From Candidatus Marinacidobacterium sp. (lineage in GTDB: Bacteria > Acidobacteriota > Vicinamibacteria > Marinacidobacterales > Marinacidobacteraceae), in NCBI GenBank assembly GCA_965220965.1, contig OZ244852.1:2144001-2208000 (forward strand): DNA of 64,000 bases, in the 5' to 3' direction. This document shows positions 45,390 through 55,079 of the stretch, in pieces; positions within the stretch are counted from its first letter, which is position 1, and each line of letters starts with the position of its first letter. The notes beneath the pieces are model-generated. The model did no database searches. It saw only the letters and a list, made by a program, of their open reading frames with translations, and was not told the origin of the DNA. The translations under genes and the position numbers were made by a program.

Positions 45390-45649
45390 CCCCGCCCCCG
45401 GAGGACGCGGTGGCCGTCCTCACCGAAGGGGTCGTGAAGTGGTACGACCGTCAACTCGGCGAGGGCTTCATCCAGCGCGCCGAGGGGCCGGATGTCCACG
45501 TTCCGGCGAGCGCGCTCGCCGAGGTCGAAGACGGGTTCCTGGTGGAAGGCCAGGAGGTCCGCTTCGAGCTGCTCCCGATCCCCGGCGGGTTCCGCGCCCG
45601 GAGCGTCCGCGTCGTCGAACCGGACGAATCCGGAACGCGGGAGATCTGA
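45386..45649 (+). CDS. Cold-shock-domain protein (divergent)
   Basis: GVVKWY..GEGFI..GPDVHV..LVEGQEVRFE; GTGA overlap with the desaturase gene. Confidence 0.75.
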   Translation: MTPPPEDAVAVLTEGVVKWYDRQLGEGFIQRAEGPDVHVPASALAEVEDGFLVEGQEVRFELLPIPGGFRARSVRVVEPDESGTREI

Positions 45650-45716
45650 CCGACCGGGCCCAGAGGGCGCTCCGGGAGACTCCCCCCGCGAGCCGCCCGT
45701 TCGGGGCGTCAGCCCC

Positions 45717-46055
45717 TCAGAACTTCGCCAGCGCTTCTTCCTCGGTCGGCGTGATCGTGAGGATCTGGTTGAACCCGCTGATCCGGAAGACCTCGAAGAT
45801 GTGTTCCTTCATGCCGCAGAGAACAAGCTGCCCGGACCCGGCGGCCAGCTTGCGGGCGAGCATCAGGAGCACCCGCATCCCGGTGCTGTTGATGTAGTCG
45901 AGGCCCTCGAAGTTCATGACGATCCGGTTGGCGGCGTCGGCCCCGGATGTCCGCGTGGTGATGGCCTGCTCGAAGTCGCTGGCCGTGCGGGTGTCAATGC
46001 GACCGGCAGGCGAAAGGACCAGGACTCCGTCCCTGGTCTCGTCGGTGACATTCAT
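45717..46055 (-). CDS. STAS-domain anti-sigma-factor antagonist (SpoIIAA/RsbV-like)
   Basis: GRID, LDYINSTGMRVL (phospho-Ser motif), VFRISGF. Confidence 0.9.
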   Translation of the reverse strand: MNVTDETRDGVLVLSPAGRIDTRTASDFEQAITTRTSGADAANRIVMNFEGLDYINSTGMRVLLMLARKLAAGSGQLVLCGMKEHIFEVFRISGFNQILTITPTEEEALAKF

Positions 46056-46522
46056 GAGGATCCCTCCGGGTCGCCCGTTGGCAGGGTGCGGGACAGGGTG
46101 ATGCGGTTGCGGTCGCCGATGCGCTCGTAGCGAGTGCTGGACATGAGCGACTTGACGAGGAACACGCCAAGGCCGCCGATCGGCCGCTCTTCCAGCGGCA
46201 GCGTGATGTCGGGCGTCGGAGCCTCGACGAAGGGGTCGAATGCTACTCCGCGATGTTCGATCACCACGCGGACTTCGTCGGACAGCCGACGCACTTCGAC
46301 GTGGACCCGCACGGGGGTTCCATCGTCCGAGCCGTAGTTGATGATGTTGGTGATCAGCTCGTCGATCGCCAGGCTGATCCGCTGGGCCGGGACGGACTCC
46401 TCGTTCCCGGCGGCCACGAAGGCCTCGACCTCTTCGGTCAGTCGGCTGAGCGCGTCCGGGTCCGCGAGGAAGTCACGCTCCAGTGTGGATTCCCCGGCGC
46501 CGCCCGCTCCCACCTCGCTCAT
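46052..46522 (-). CDS. Anti-sigma factor / Ser kinase (RsbW-like HATPase)
   Basis: LAIDELITNIINYG, GVAFDP, ERPIGGLGVFLVKSLM; ATG at 46522. Confidence 0.88.
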   Translation of the reverse strand: MSEVGAGGAGESTLERDFLADPDALSRLTEEVEAFVAAGNEESVPAQRISLAIDELITNIINYGSDDGTPVRVHVEVRRLSDEVRVVIEHRGVAFDPFVEAPTPDITLPLEERPIGGLGVFLVKSLMSSTRYERIGDRNRITLSRTLPTGDPEGSS

Positions 46523-46530
46523 TCGCCGCG

Positions 46531-47439
46531 TCAGCTCCGCGATGAATCGGCGGGGCGACGGCGCTCGGTCGCCTCCGGGCCGTCCGCGAGCGCGATGCTC
46601 ACGCTGACCTCCATGGTCTGCTCGGCCACGCCCCGGAACGTCCCCCGGGTCGGCGGCACATCCCGGTAGTCGCGCCCGCGGGCCACCCGGATGTGCCGGT
46701 CGCCGGAGACGGTGTTGTTCGTCGGGTCCGCCGAGACCCAGCCCAGACCGGGGAGGAAGCACTCGACCCAGGCGTGTCCCGCCTCCGCCATCTGGTCCTC
46801 GCTGCCGTCGCGGCTCGGGAAGAGGTATCCCGAGACGTAGCGGGCGGGCATTCCCCAGCTCCTCAGGACGGCCAGCAGGATGTGGCTGAAGTCCTGGCAC
46901 ACGCCTCCGCCACGCTGGAGCGCATCATCGATCGGGGAGTCCACGCCGGTCGCGCCGGGCCGGAAGTCGAGGGCCTCGTAGAGGCGGGCGGTCACGCTCC
47001 GCACTGTCTCGAGAGGCGTCTCGCCACGCTCGATCCCGTGTTTCCCGAGGAAGTCGGTCAGCACGGACGTTGGCTCGGTGAGCTCCGTGGGGTGAAGCCA
47101 GTGCCACATCCCCGATGTCGCCGGATCCGGGAGTTCCTCCCACGACGGCCCTTTGCCCTCCGGTTCCGGAACCGGGTGGAGGGCCACGACCGATCGGGCG
47201 ATGACCTCGAGCCGGGTGTGCTGGCTGGGGATGTCGAAGAAATGGGCGGAGTTCCGGAAACAGTCCTGGTAGACGGAGAGCTCGGCGGCCGGATCAGTCC
47301 GCAGGGAGAACGACTCCCGGTGCTGCGAGGCGTCGCTGGCGGGCTGGAGATACAGCGTGGCGACCGCCTCGCGGACGGCCTCCGAGTAGCGGAACCGCGT
47401 GATGTGCTCGATCTCGTAGACCGTCCCGGATCCGTTCAC
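46531..47439 (-). CDS. Transglutaminase-family protein
   Basis: N-terminal HITRFRYS; catalytic triad GVCQDFSH / HAWVE / DPTN; GRDYRDVPP. Confidence 0.92.
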   Translation of the reverse strand: MNGSGTVYEIEHITRFRYSEAVREAVATLYLQPASDASQHRESFSLRTDPAAELSVYQDCFRNSAHFFDIPSQHTRLEVIARSVVALHPVPEPEGKGPSWEELPDPATSGMWHWLHPTELTEPTSVLTDFLGKHGIERGETPLETVRSVTARLYEALDFRPGATGVDSPIDDALQRGGGVCQDFSHILLAVLRSWGMPARYVSGYLFPSRDGSEDQMAEAGHAWVECFLPGLGWVSADPTNNTVSGDRHIRVARGRDYRDVPPTRGTFRGVAEQTMEVSVSIALADGPEATERRRPADSSRS

Positions 47440-47511
47440 GCCACAGCCTCCGGCAAGCCGCGCGCGTCCGGGGACGGCGGGAGAGAGTCGAGGACCACCG
47501 ATGTCTCCAAC

Positions 47512-48483
47512 CTATCCGATGCGGAGCGCCTGATCGACCGCATAGACGATGTACCGCTGGTAGATCTCCTCATGGAGGTTCCGGGCGAGGCGCCGCACCT
47601 CGGCGAGCGTCTCCTCGAAGGTGTCCTCGCGCCCCGGGCTGTAGGCGAGCAGCGAGCGGAGCTGCCCGGCGATCCGGTGGGGCGACCCGAGCGGGTGAAG
47701 GGCGCCTCCGGCCGGATCGATGCGGTTCAGCCCGTTCCGCAGCATCTCGGCGGAGAACCGGAGCGTGTGCGGCGACTCCGGCTCGTAGATCAGAAAGTTC
47801 ATCACCCGCACCGGCTCGACGACGGCGGTGTGGTGCTTGCAGTAGGGCTCGAAGCTGGCGCAGATGCGCAGCAGAAGCGCCCAGTCGAGATGCTCGTCCG
47901 TCTCCAGGGCCGCGCGGTGGGCTTCCAGAATCTCGGTCGTCACCTGGATGCGTTCGAGGAAGCGGCCCAGCCGGATGAAGTCCCACGCCAGCCCGTGCCG
48001 GAGGCTGTTGTCGGTGATGCCGCGGAAAAGATAGATCCCGGCCGAGGTGTCCTTGTAGAAGCTCTGCGGTTCGGCGTTCCAGAACGACCGCAGCTCGGTA
48101 TCGCGCAGGGTCAGGTAGGAGCGGTTCATCCGGGACCACATCTCGGAGGTGATCTCCTGGCGGGCCTGGCGGGCGTTCTCCCGGGACATGGCCCACAGCG
48201 ACCGCACGGAACCGGGGTTGTCCGGCTCGAAGGTCATGAAGTCCGCCAGGGTGTACGCGTCGGCGAGCAGGAAGTTCTCGTCCAGCGATCCGTCGAAGAA
48301 CTCGAAGCCGCCGGGGGGCGCGATCATCAGCGCCTGGAACAGCCTCCTCCAGCCGGCGGCGACTTCGGCGGCCGACCGGTCCGCCAGCGAACCCACCTGG
48401 ACCCCGAGGAGCCGGGCGGTCTGGTCGGCGCGCTCGAGGTACCGGCTCATCCAGTACAGGTTGTCGGCGACGCGGGTGAGCAT
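47512..48483 (-). CDS. Alpha-E domain protein
   Basis: MLTRVADNLYWMSRYLERA, RENARQAR..ITSEMW, LGRFLER. Confidence 0.92.
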   Translation of the reverse strand: MLTRVADNLYWMSRYLERADQTARLLGVQVGSLADRSAAEVAAGWRRLFQALMIAPPGGFEFFDGSLDENFLLADAYTLADFMTFEPDNPGSVRSLWAMSRENARQARQEITSEMWSRMNRSYLTLRDTELRSFWNAEPQSFYKDTSAGIYLFRGITDNSLRHGLAWDFIRLGRFLERIQVTTEILEAHRAALETDEHLDWALLLRICASFEPYCKHHTAVVEPVRVMNFLIYEPESPHTLRFSAEMLRNGLNRIDPAGGALHPLGSPHRIAGQLRSLLAYSPGREDTFEETLAEVRRLARNLHEEIYQRYIVYAVDQALRIG

Positions 48484-48486
48484 CGG

Positions 48487-49950
48487 TCAGTCGCTCCCGA
48501 CGTCGACGATCCAGGCGTCCTTGGAGCCGCCTCCCTGCGAGGAGTTCACGACCAGACTGCCCTTCTTGAGCGCGACCCGGCAGAGCCCTCCGGGGACGAT
48601 GTCGGTCCGCTCTCCGCTCAGGATGAACGGCCGCAGGTCCACGTGGCGGGGCTCGATGCGGGAGCCGACGAGGCACGGGGCCCGGGAGAGCGCCAGCGTG
48701 GGCTGGGCGATGTAGTTCGCCGGGTCGGCCTTGAGCGCCTCGGCGAACTCCGCGCGCTCCGCCTTCGTGGCGTGGGGACCCACGAGCATTCCGTAGCCGC
48801 CGGACTCGCCCACCATCTTCACCACCAGCTCGTCGAGGTGGTCGAGCGTGTAGCGGAGGCCCTCGGGTTCGCGGCAGAGCCGGGTCGGCACGTTGTCGAG
48901 CAGCGGCTCCTCGTCCAGGTAGTACCTGATGATCCGGGGGACATACGCATAGACCCCCTTGTCATCGGCGACTCCGGTGCCGGGAGCGTTCGCGATGACG
49001 ACCCGCCCCGCCCGGTAGGCGTGGAACAGGCCGGGGACTCCGAGAACCGAGTCCGGCCGGAAGGCGAGCGGATCGATGAAGTCGTCGTCGATCCGCCGGT
49101 AGATCACATCCACCTTGCGAAGGCCGCCGGTGGTCCGCATGAACACCCGCTCGTTGTGGACGAGGAGGTCGCGTCCCTCCACCAGCTCGATCCCCATCTG
49201 CCGGGCGAGGAAGGCGTGCTCGTAGTAGGCGGAGTTGTAGACCCCGGGGGTGAGCAGGACGACCGTGGGGTCGGACACGTGGGGCGGCGCCAGCGAGGCG
49301 AGCATCCCGTAGAGGAGCTGGCTGTACTGCTCCACGTCCCGGACCCGGGAGCGCCGGAACAGCCGCGGCATGCTCCGCTTGATCGCGTCCCGGCAGGCGA
49401 GCATGTAGCTGACCCCGGACGGGACCCGGAGGTTGTCCTCGAGGACCGCGAAACCCTCGTGGGTGCGGACCAGGTCGCTGCCGCAGACCGAGACATAGAC
49501 CCCGTGGGGGACCGGCAGATCCCGCATCTCGATGCGGTAGTGCTTGCTGCCGTAGATCATGTCGGCGGGAACGACGCCGTCGCGCAGGATCAGACCGCGG
49601 TGGTAGATGTCGTGGAGGAAGAGGTTCAGCGCCCGGATCCGCTGCTCGAGGCCGCGAGCCACCCGGTCCCATTCGTCTCCCCGGACGATCCGCGGCAGGC
49701 AGTCGATCGGGAACACCCGCTCGATCGTCCGCTCGTCGCCGTAGACGGTGAACGTGATCCCCTCGTAGAGGAACGACCGGGTGACCCGCTCCTGGATCCG
49801 CTCGAGCTCGTCGGGCGGCGTCGTGCTCAGCGAGGAGAAGAAGTCGGCGCAGTGCTCCCGCGGACGCCCGTCGTCCCCGAACATCTCGTCGTAGAAGACG
49901 GAGTTGAAGTCGTAGTGGCGAAAAGCCGGACCGGGGCTGGATCCGCTCAT
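48487..49950 (-). CDS. Circularly permuted type 2 ATP-grasp protein
   Basis: [61 protein letters not shown]. Confidence 0.94.
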   Translation of the reverse strand: MSGSSPGPAFRHYDFNSVFYDEMFGDDGRPREHCADFFSSLSTTPPDELERIQERVTRSFLYEGITFTVYGDERTIERVFPIDCLPRIVRGDEWDRVARGLEQRIRALNLFLHDIYHRGLILRDGVVPADMIYGSKHYRIEMRDLPVPHGVYVSVCGSDLVRTHEGFAVLEDNLRVPSGVSYMLACRDAIKRSMPRLFRRSRVRDVEQYSQLLYGMLASLAPPHVSDPTVVLLTPGVYNSAYYEHAFLARQMGIELVEGRDLLVHNERVFMRTTGGLRKVDVIYRRIDDDFIDPLAFRPDSVLGVPGLFHAYRAGRVVIANAPGTGVADDKGVYAYVPRIIRYYLDEEPLLDNVPTRLCREPEGLRYTLDHLDELVVKMVGESGGYGMLVGPHATKAERAEFAEALKADPANYIAQPTLALSRAPCLVGSRIEPRHVDLRPFILSGERTDIVPGGLCRVALKKGSLVVNSSQGGGSKDAWIVDVGSD

Positions 49951-50019
49951 CGTTCGGCCCGCATCATGGTTGAGCCCGCGCCGAATCGCCTGGGACGACC
50001 TGGTTCCCGGAGAGCGCGA

Positions 50020-51324
50020 TCAGGCGGATGCCGGGAGCCCTCGGCGGGCGACATCCTCGAACACGTTGCAGAAGTAGTCCAGTTCGCCCATCGTGGTGTA
50101 GAGGTTCGGCGTGATCCGCAGACCCTGGAACTCCTCGTGCATGATCGGGACGACGATGATGTGGTGCTTGTCCCACAGGTAGTCGCGGAACGCCCCCGGG
50201 TCCACCGACGTCAGGTTGATATTCCCGATGGCGCAGCTCATCTTCGGGTCGAGCGAGGTGTGGAGTTCGGTGTTCGGGAGCGCGGAGAGCCGTTCGGCCC
50301 AAGTGTCCTTCAGGTACCGAAGGCGGGCCTCCTTCCGCTTCGCTCCGATCGTGTTGTGGAAGGTGATGGCTTCGCCGCACGCGACGAAGTTGGCGGCGGG
50401 GTGGGTGCCGATCTCCTCGAACTTGCGGATGTCCTCGTCCATGCGCTCGGGCGCGGGCATGAGCGGCCAGATCTTCGGGATCTTGTCCCGCTTCACGTAG
50501 AGCATCCCGGTGCCCTTGGGGGCGAGCAGCCACTTGTGGAGGCTCGTCCCGAAGTAGTCGCAGCCGATGTCCTCGAGGCGGAAGTCGAACTGGGCGAAGG
50601 AGTGCGCCCCGTCCACCATGACCTCGACGCCGCGCTCGCGGGCCATGTCGCAGACCGCCTTGACCGGGAGGATCTGCCCGGTGAGGTTGATCTGGTGGGA
50701 CATCAGGATGATCCGGGTCCGGTCGGTGATCGCCGCCCGGAACCCCTCCACGATCTCCTCGTCGGTCTCCGCCGGAGTCGGGATCTGGATGAACTTGAGC
50801 GCGATGCCCTCGCGCCGCGTGCGCTGGCGGAGCGTGGTCAGCATGCGCCCGTAGTCCTGCGTCGTGGTGAGCACCTCGTCGCCGGACTCGAGGTCGAGAC
50901 CCAGCAGCAGGATCTCCATCGCCTCCGAGGTGTTCCGGACGAGCGCCACCTCTTCCGGGTCGCACCCGAAGAGGCCGGCGAGCCGCTGGCGGACATGTTC
51001 CTTCTGCGGCTGCAGGATCTGCCACATCGTGTAGACCGGCGCCTCTTCCTGCTGCCAGGTGTAGCGGACGAACGCCTCGGTGACCATCCGCGGTGACGGG
51101 CAGACGCCGCCGTTGTTCAGGTTGATGATCGAGCGGGAAACGCTGAACGCCTGCTGGACCTCGCTCCAGTAGCTCTCGTCGCGCGCGAGGTCTTCCGGGC
51201 TCCGCGAGCCCGCCTGAACACCCGCCGCCTCGACGGCCCGCACCGTCTCCGGGCTGAAGAGCGTGTGGACGAGAGCGCCAGCGCCCGCGCCCGCCGCAGC
51301 CCCGAGGAAATTCCGGCGTCGCAT
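50020..51324 (-). CDS. Tat-exported class V PLP enzyme (isopenicillin-N-epimerase-like)
   Basis: MRRRNFL Tat motif, NLNNGGVCPSP, VDGAHSF, SLHKWLLAPKGTG. Confidence 0.88.
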   Translation of the reverse strand: MRRRNFLGAAAGAGAGALVHTLFSPETVRAVEAAGVQAGSRSPEDLARDESYWSEVQQAFSVSRSIINLNNGGVCPSPRMVTEAFVRYTWQQEEAPVYTMWQILQPQKEHVRQRLAGLFGCDPEEVALVRNTSEAMEILLLGLDLESGDEVLTTTQDYGRMLTTLRQRTRREGIALKFIQIPTPAETDEEIVEGFRAAITDRTRIILMSHQINLTGQILPVKAVCDMARERGVEVMVDGAHSFAQFDFRLEDIGCDYFGTSLHKWLLAPKGTGMLYVKRDKIPKIWPLMPAPERMDEDIRKFEEIGTHPAANFVACGEAITFHNTIGAKRKEARLRYLKDTWAERLSALPNTELHTSLDPKMSCAIGNINLTSVDPGAFRDYLWDKHHIIVVPIMHEEFQGLRITPNLYTTMGELDYFCNVFEDVARRGLPASA

Positions 51325-51453
51325 GTGGTTTCCGCTCCTGTCCGGGCGGCCGCGCGCCCGCACCCGCCGCCGGCCGCCGCGGGGCCGAATTTACCACCGC
51401 GCCTTTCCGGTTCGGGTCCCCCCGAAGCGGGGTCCGGCTCTACCATCCCCCCC

Positions 51454-52977
51454 ATGCTCTCCGCCCTGTCCGACCTTCTCGGCCGGATTCCTCCGGTGTT
51501 CGACTCGAGCGTCGGTCAACTGGTGATCGCCCTCGGCGTCGTCATCACGGCGTTCGGATTTGCGCTGCTGGTGGTCCTCCTGCTGCGGCGCGCGCTCTCG
51601 CGGCTCGGGCTCGAGCGACGCGCCGCCTCCCGGATCGCAAACGGGGTGCGCATGGTCCTCGGGCCGGGCCGGGCCGCGAAGGAAGACGTGGACGCGATCT
51701 CCCGGCGCGTGCTGTTCTGGGGACTGATGGTCCTCGTGGTGGCCGCGGTCGCCTCGCTGGTGGACTTCTCGCAGGTCGGAGGCGTCTCGGGAGCGCTGCT
51801 CGCGCGACTCATGGCGCTCGTGGCCCAGGTGGGGCGGGCGCTCGTTCTGCTGCTCGCCGCGTGGTTCCTGGCGGCGATCCTCCGGCGCGCGGTGCGCGTC
51901 GCGCTCGAGGCCGCCTCGGTGGATGGCCCCGAACGACCCGGTCAGGACGCCTCCGGACGGCTCTCGCACGCCATCCCGGAGACGGTCTACTGGATCGTGC
52001 TGCTGCTGTTCCTGCCGCAGATCCTCGCCGCGCTCGATCTCGAGGGCGTCCTCCTCCCGATCGAGACGCTGGTGGACGAGGTCGTCCGGTATCTGCCGAA
52101 CGTGTTCGGCGCGCTGATCATCTTCGTGGTCGGGTGGTTCGTCGCGCGGATCGCCCGCGCGGTCGTGACGAACCTGCTGACAGCCGTCGGGCTGGACCGG
52201 GCGGCTGACCGGTTCGGCGCGTCGCGGGTCCTGGGTTCGCGGCGGCCTTCGTCGCTGGTGGGCGCGCTCGCCTACCTGCTCGTCCTGCTTCCGGTGATCC
52301 TGACGGGACTCGACCGGCTGCGGCTCGACGTGATCACCGGACCGGCGTCCGAGATGCTGGCGCGGGTCCTTGGAGCGCTGCCCCTCGTGCTGGTGGCGGC
52401 GGGCCTGCTGCTCACCGCCTACGTCGTGGGTCGCATCGTCGCCAACCTCGTCCGCGATCTGCTGCGCCAGGCCGGATTCGACCACGTGCTCACCCGCCTG
52501 GGCCTGGCCGCGGGGGCCACGAACGACGACTTCACCGCGTCGGGCATCGTGCGGGTCGTGCTGCTCGCGGTCATCATGCTGTTCGCCAGCATCGAGGCGG
52601 CGAGCCTCATCGGCTTCGACAACGCCGCCAGCCTGCTGACCCGCCTTCTGGAGTTCGCCGGGCAGTTCCTGCTGGGGGTGGTCTTCCTCGGCTTCGGCAT
52701 CTTCCTCGCCGGACTCGCCGCCCGGGCCATCTCCGCGAGTTCGATTCCCCACGCCCGGTTCGTTGCGCTGGCGGCCCGGATCGGCATCCTGCTCTTCACG
52801 ACCGCCATCGGATTGCGGCAGATGGGGATCGCCAACGAGATCATCGAGCTGGCGTTCGGGCTGGTTCTGGGCGCGGTCGCGGTCGCGTTCGCGGTGGCCT
52901 TCGGACTCGGGGGACGCGACGCCGCCGCCCGTCAGATCGAGCGGTGGCGAAACCGCGTGATGGAAGAGGACGACTGA
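51454..52977 (+). CDS. TM-helix-repeat membrane protein (CmpX / MscS-associated type)
   Basis: YLPNVFGALIIFVVGWFVARI repeats, C-terminal AVAFGLGGRDAA; ATG at 51454. Confidence 0.82.
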   Translation: MLSALSDLLGRIPPVFDSSVGQLVIALGVVITAFGFALLVVLLLRRALSRLGLERRAASRIANGVRMVLGPGRAAKEDVDAISRRVLFWGLMVLVVAAVASLVDFSQVGGVSGALLARLMALVAQVGRALVLLLAAWFLAAILRRAVRVALEAASVDGPERPGQDASGRLSHAIPETVYWIVLLLFLPQILAALDLEGVLLPIETLVDEVVRYLPNVFGALIIFVVGWFVARIARAVVTNLLTAVGLDRAADRFGASRVLGSRRPSSLVGALAYLLVLLPVILTGLDRLRLDVITGPASEMLARVLGALPLVLVAAGLLLTAYVVGRIVANLVRDLLRQAGFDHVLTRLGLAAGATNDDFTASGIVRVVLLAVIMLFASIEAASLIGFDNAASLLTRLLEFAGQFLLGVVFLGFGIFLAGLAARAISASSIPHARFVALAARIGILLFTTAIGLRQMGIANEIIELAFGLVLGAVAVAFAVAFGLGGRDAAARQIERWRNRVMEEDD

Positions 52978-52980
52978 GGC

Positions 52981-55032
52981 ATGGACGCTTCGGGGTTCCG
53001 CTGGCGCGGGCGGACGCTTCGCCGCGCGGCGGTCATCGGTTCGGGGAACATCGGACCGGACATCGCGCTCCATCTCGTCAAGACGCTGGCCCCGGTCGGG
53101 GCGCAGGTCCTCCTGCTGGACATCTCGGAAGCGGCGCTGGACGCCGGACGGCGCAAGATGTTCGGGAAGATCGAGAAAGGCCGCCAGTCGGGCGCCTTCC
53201 GGGAGGCCCACGCCGACGGGATGAAGGGCTCGGTGGAGTTCAGCACCGATTACGGACGGCTCGAAGAGACGGATCTGGTGATCGAGGCCGCCTCCGAGGA
53301 CCTGCCGGTCAAGCGGGCGATCTTCGCCGCGGTGGAGGAGCGGGTCGGCCCCGACGCGGTCCTCCTGTCCAACTCCTCCCATCTGCCGCCGTCGCAGCTC
53401 TTTTCCGACCTCGCGAAACCGGAGCGCGCCGCCGTCGCGCACTACTTCTTTCCGGCGGAACGGAACCTGGTGGTGGAACTGGCGGCCGACCGGGCGGGCC
53501 GCGAGCTGCTTCCCTGGCTGCTCGGCTTCTACGAGGCGATCGGGAAGGTCCCGGTGGCGGTCGGCGACCGGTTCGGCCACGCGCTGAACCCGGTCTTCGA
53601 GGGGCTCTTCCTCGCCGCCGCGCTCGCGGTGGAAGAAGGCCTCGGGACGACCCGGGAAGTGGACGATGTGGCGCGGAGAGTCCTGCGTCTGGGGATCGGT
53701 CCGTTCACCGCCATGAACCTGACCGGCGGCAACCCGATCGCCTGCGAGGGGTTCCGGGAGATGCATGCCCGGCTCCACCCCTGGTTCCGGACGCCGCGCC
53801 TCCTGGAAGAGGCGATGGAAGAAGGCGGACCGTCGGGCCGGGTCTGGGACGTTCCCGCGCGGGGCGAAACGGTCCCGGTGGAAGACGACCGGGCGCGCGC
53901 CATCGAGGAGCGGATGACCGCCGCCTACCTGGGGCTCGCGGGGTGGACCGCGACGTCCGGGGTCATTTCGGTCCCCGATCTGGACATGGGCTGCCACCTC
54001 GCGCTCGCGGTGGTTCGTCCGTTCGGGCTGATGCGGCGGCTGGGCGCCGAACGCGTCCGCGAACTGATCGCGACCTACCGGGACCGGGAGCCGGACTTCT
54101 TCGACCCGGACGCCTGCCTCGGCAGCCTCGACGGCTGGATCGCCCGGCCGGTCTCGCGCATCCAGCGCGAAGACGCCGCGGGACCGGACGGGGTCGTTCG
54201 CGTGCTCGTCATCCGGCGGCCGGAGGCGCTCGGGGCGCTCGACGAGGACCTGCTGTCCGAGCTGGACCGCGCCTTCGAGGAGGCGCGCGCCGACGACGCG
54301 GTCCTGGGCGTGGTCCTTACCGGGTTCGGGGTGAAAGCCTTCGCGGCCGGCGCCGATGTCCGGATGCTGGCCCGGATCCGGTCGGCGGAGGACGGGGAAC
54401 GCCTCTCGCGGGCGTCGCACCGCGTTCTCGACCGGGTGGCGGCCTTCCCGAAGCCGGTCGTCTGTGCGCTGAACGGGATGGCGGTCGGGGGCGGGAACGA
54501 GCTGGCGATGGCGTGCCACGCGCGGATCGCGCGGGAGGACCTCGCGGTCGCCGCCTCCCAGCCCGAGGCGAACCTCGGCATCATCCCCGGCGCCGGAGCG
54601 ACCCAGCGCCTGCCTCGCCTGGTCGGGGTGGAGATTGCCTGGGACCTGCTGCGGACGACGCGCCCGGTTTCCGCCGGGGAGGCGCTCCGGATCGGGCTGG
54701 TGAGCGAACTGGTTCCGGGAGAGCGGCTCCGGGAGCGCGCCGGGGAACTCGTCCGGCAGGCCGCCGCCGGAAATGGCGGGCCCGGAATCGCAACGGACCC
54801 GATCCCCGTCCCGGACCAGCTTCCGGAGGTGGACATCGGGCCGCGATCGCGGGCGGTGGACGCCCTGATCCGGCGCGCCGTGCTCGAGGGGGCCAGCCTC
54901 GATCTGCGCAGCGGGCTGGAACTGGAGATCCGGCTCTTCGCCGAGGGGTGCGCGCTCGAGGACATGCGGATCGGGGTCCGGAACTTCCTCGAGAACGGGC
55001 CTCGCTCGCCCGCCCCGTTCGAGCACCGGTAA
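52981..55032 (+). CDS. 3-hydroxyacyl-CoA dehydrogenase / enoyl-CoA hydratase fusion
   Basis: VIGSGNIG, VIEAASEDL..K, HYFFPA; then FAAGADV, GGGNELAMACH, QPEANLGIIPGAGATQRLPRLVG. Confidence 0.9.
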   Translation: MDASGFRWRGRTLRRAAVIGSGNIGPDIALHLVKTLAPVGAQVLLLDISEAALDAGRRKMFGKIEKGRQSGAFREAHADGMKGSVEFSTDYGRLEETDLVIEAASEDLPVKRAIFAAVEERVGPDAVLLSNSSHLPPSQLFSDLAKPERAAVAHYFFPAERNLVVELAADRAGRELLPWLLGFYEAIGKVPVAVGDRFGHALNPVFEGLFLAAALAVEEGLGTTREVDDVARRVLRLGIGPFTAMNLTGGNPIACEGFREMHARLHPWFRTPRLLEEAMEEGGPSGRVWDVPARGETVPVEDDRARAIEERMTAAYLGLAGWTATSGVISVPDLDMGCHLALAVVRPFGLMRRLGAERVRELIATYRDREPDFFDPDACLGSLDGWIARPVSRIQREDAAGPDGVVRVLVIRRPEALGALDEDLLSELDRAFEEARADDAVLGVVLTGFGVKAFAAGADVRMLARIRSAEDGERLSRASHRVLDRVAAFPKPVVCALNGMAVGGGNELAMACHARIAREDLAVAASQPEANLGIIPGAGATQRLPRLVGVEIAWDLLRTTRPVSAGEALRIGLVSELVPGERLRERAGELVRQAAAGNGGPGIATDPIPVPDQLPEVDIGPRSRAVDALIRRAVLEGASLDLRSGLELEIRLFAEGCALEDMRIGVRNFLENGPRSPAPFEHR

Positions 55033-55079
55033 GCGCGGCGCCCGCCCCCGGGACGGGGCCGCGCAGCCCCGAAAATCAG

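Noticed and set aside
46693-51096. 1467-aa ORF on +, and similar long ORFs such as 27067-30006, 51391-55026, 52944-56276 and 3987-6353
   Set aside because: Antisense or off-frame shadows of well-supported genes, expected at very high GC; no recognisable motifs.
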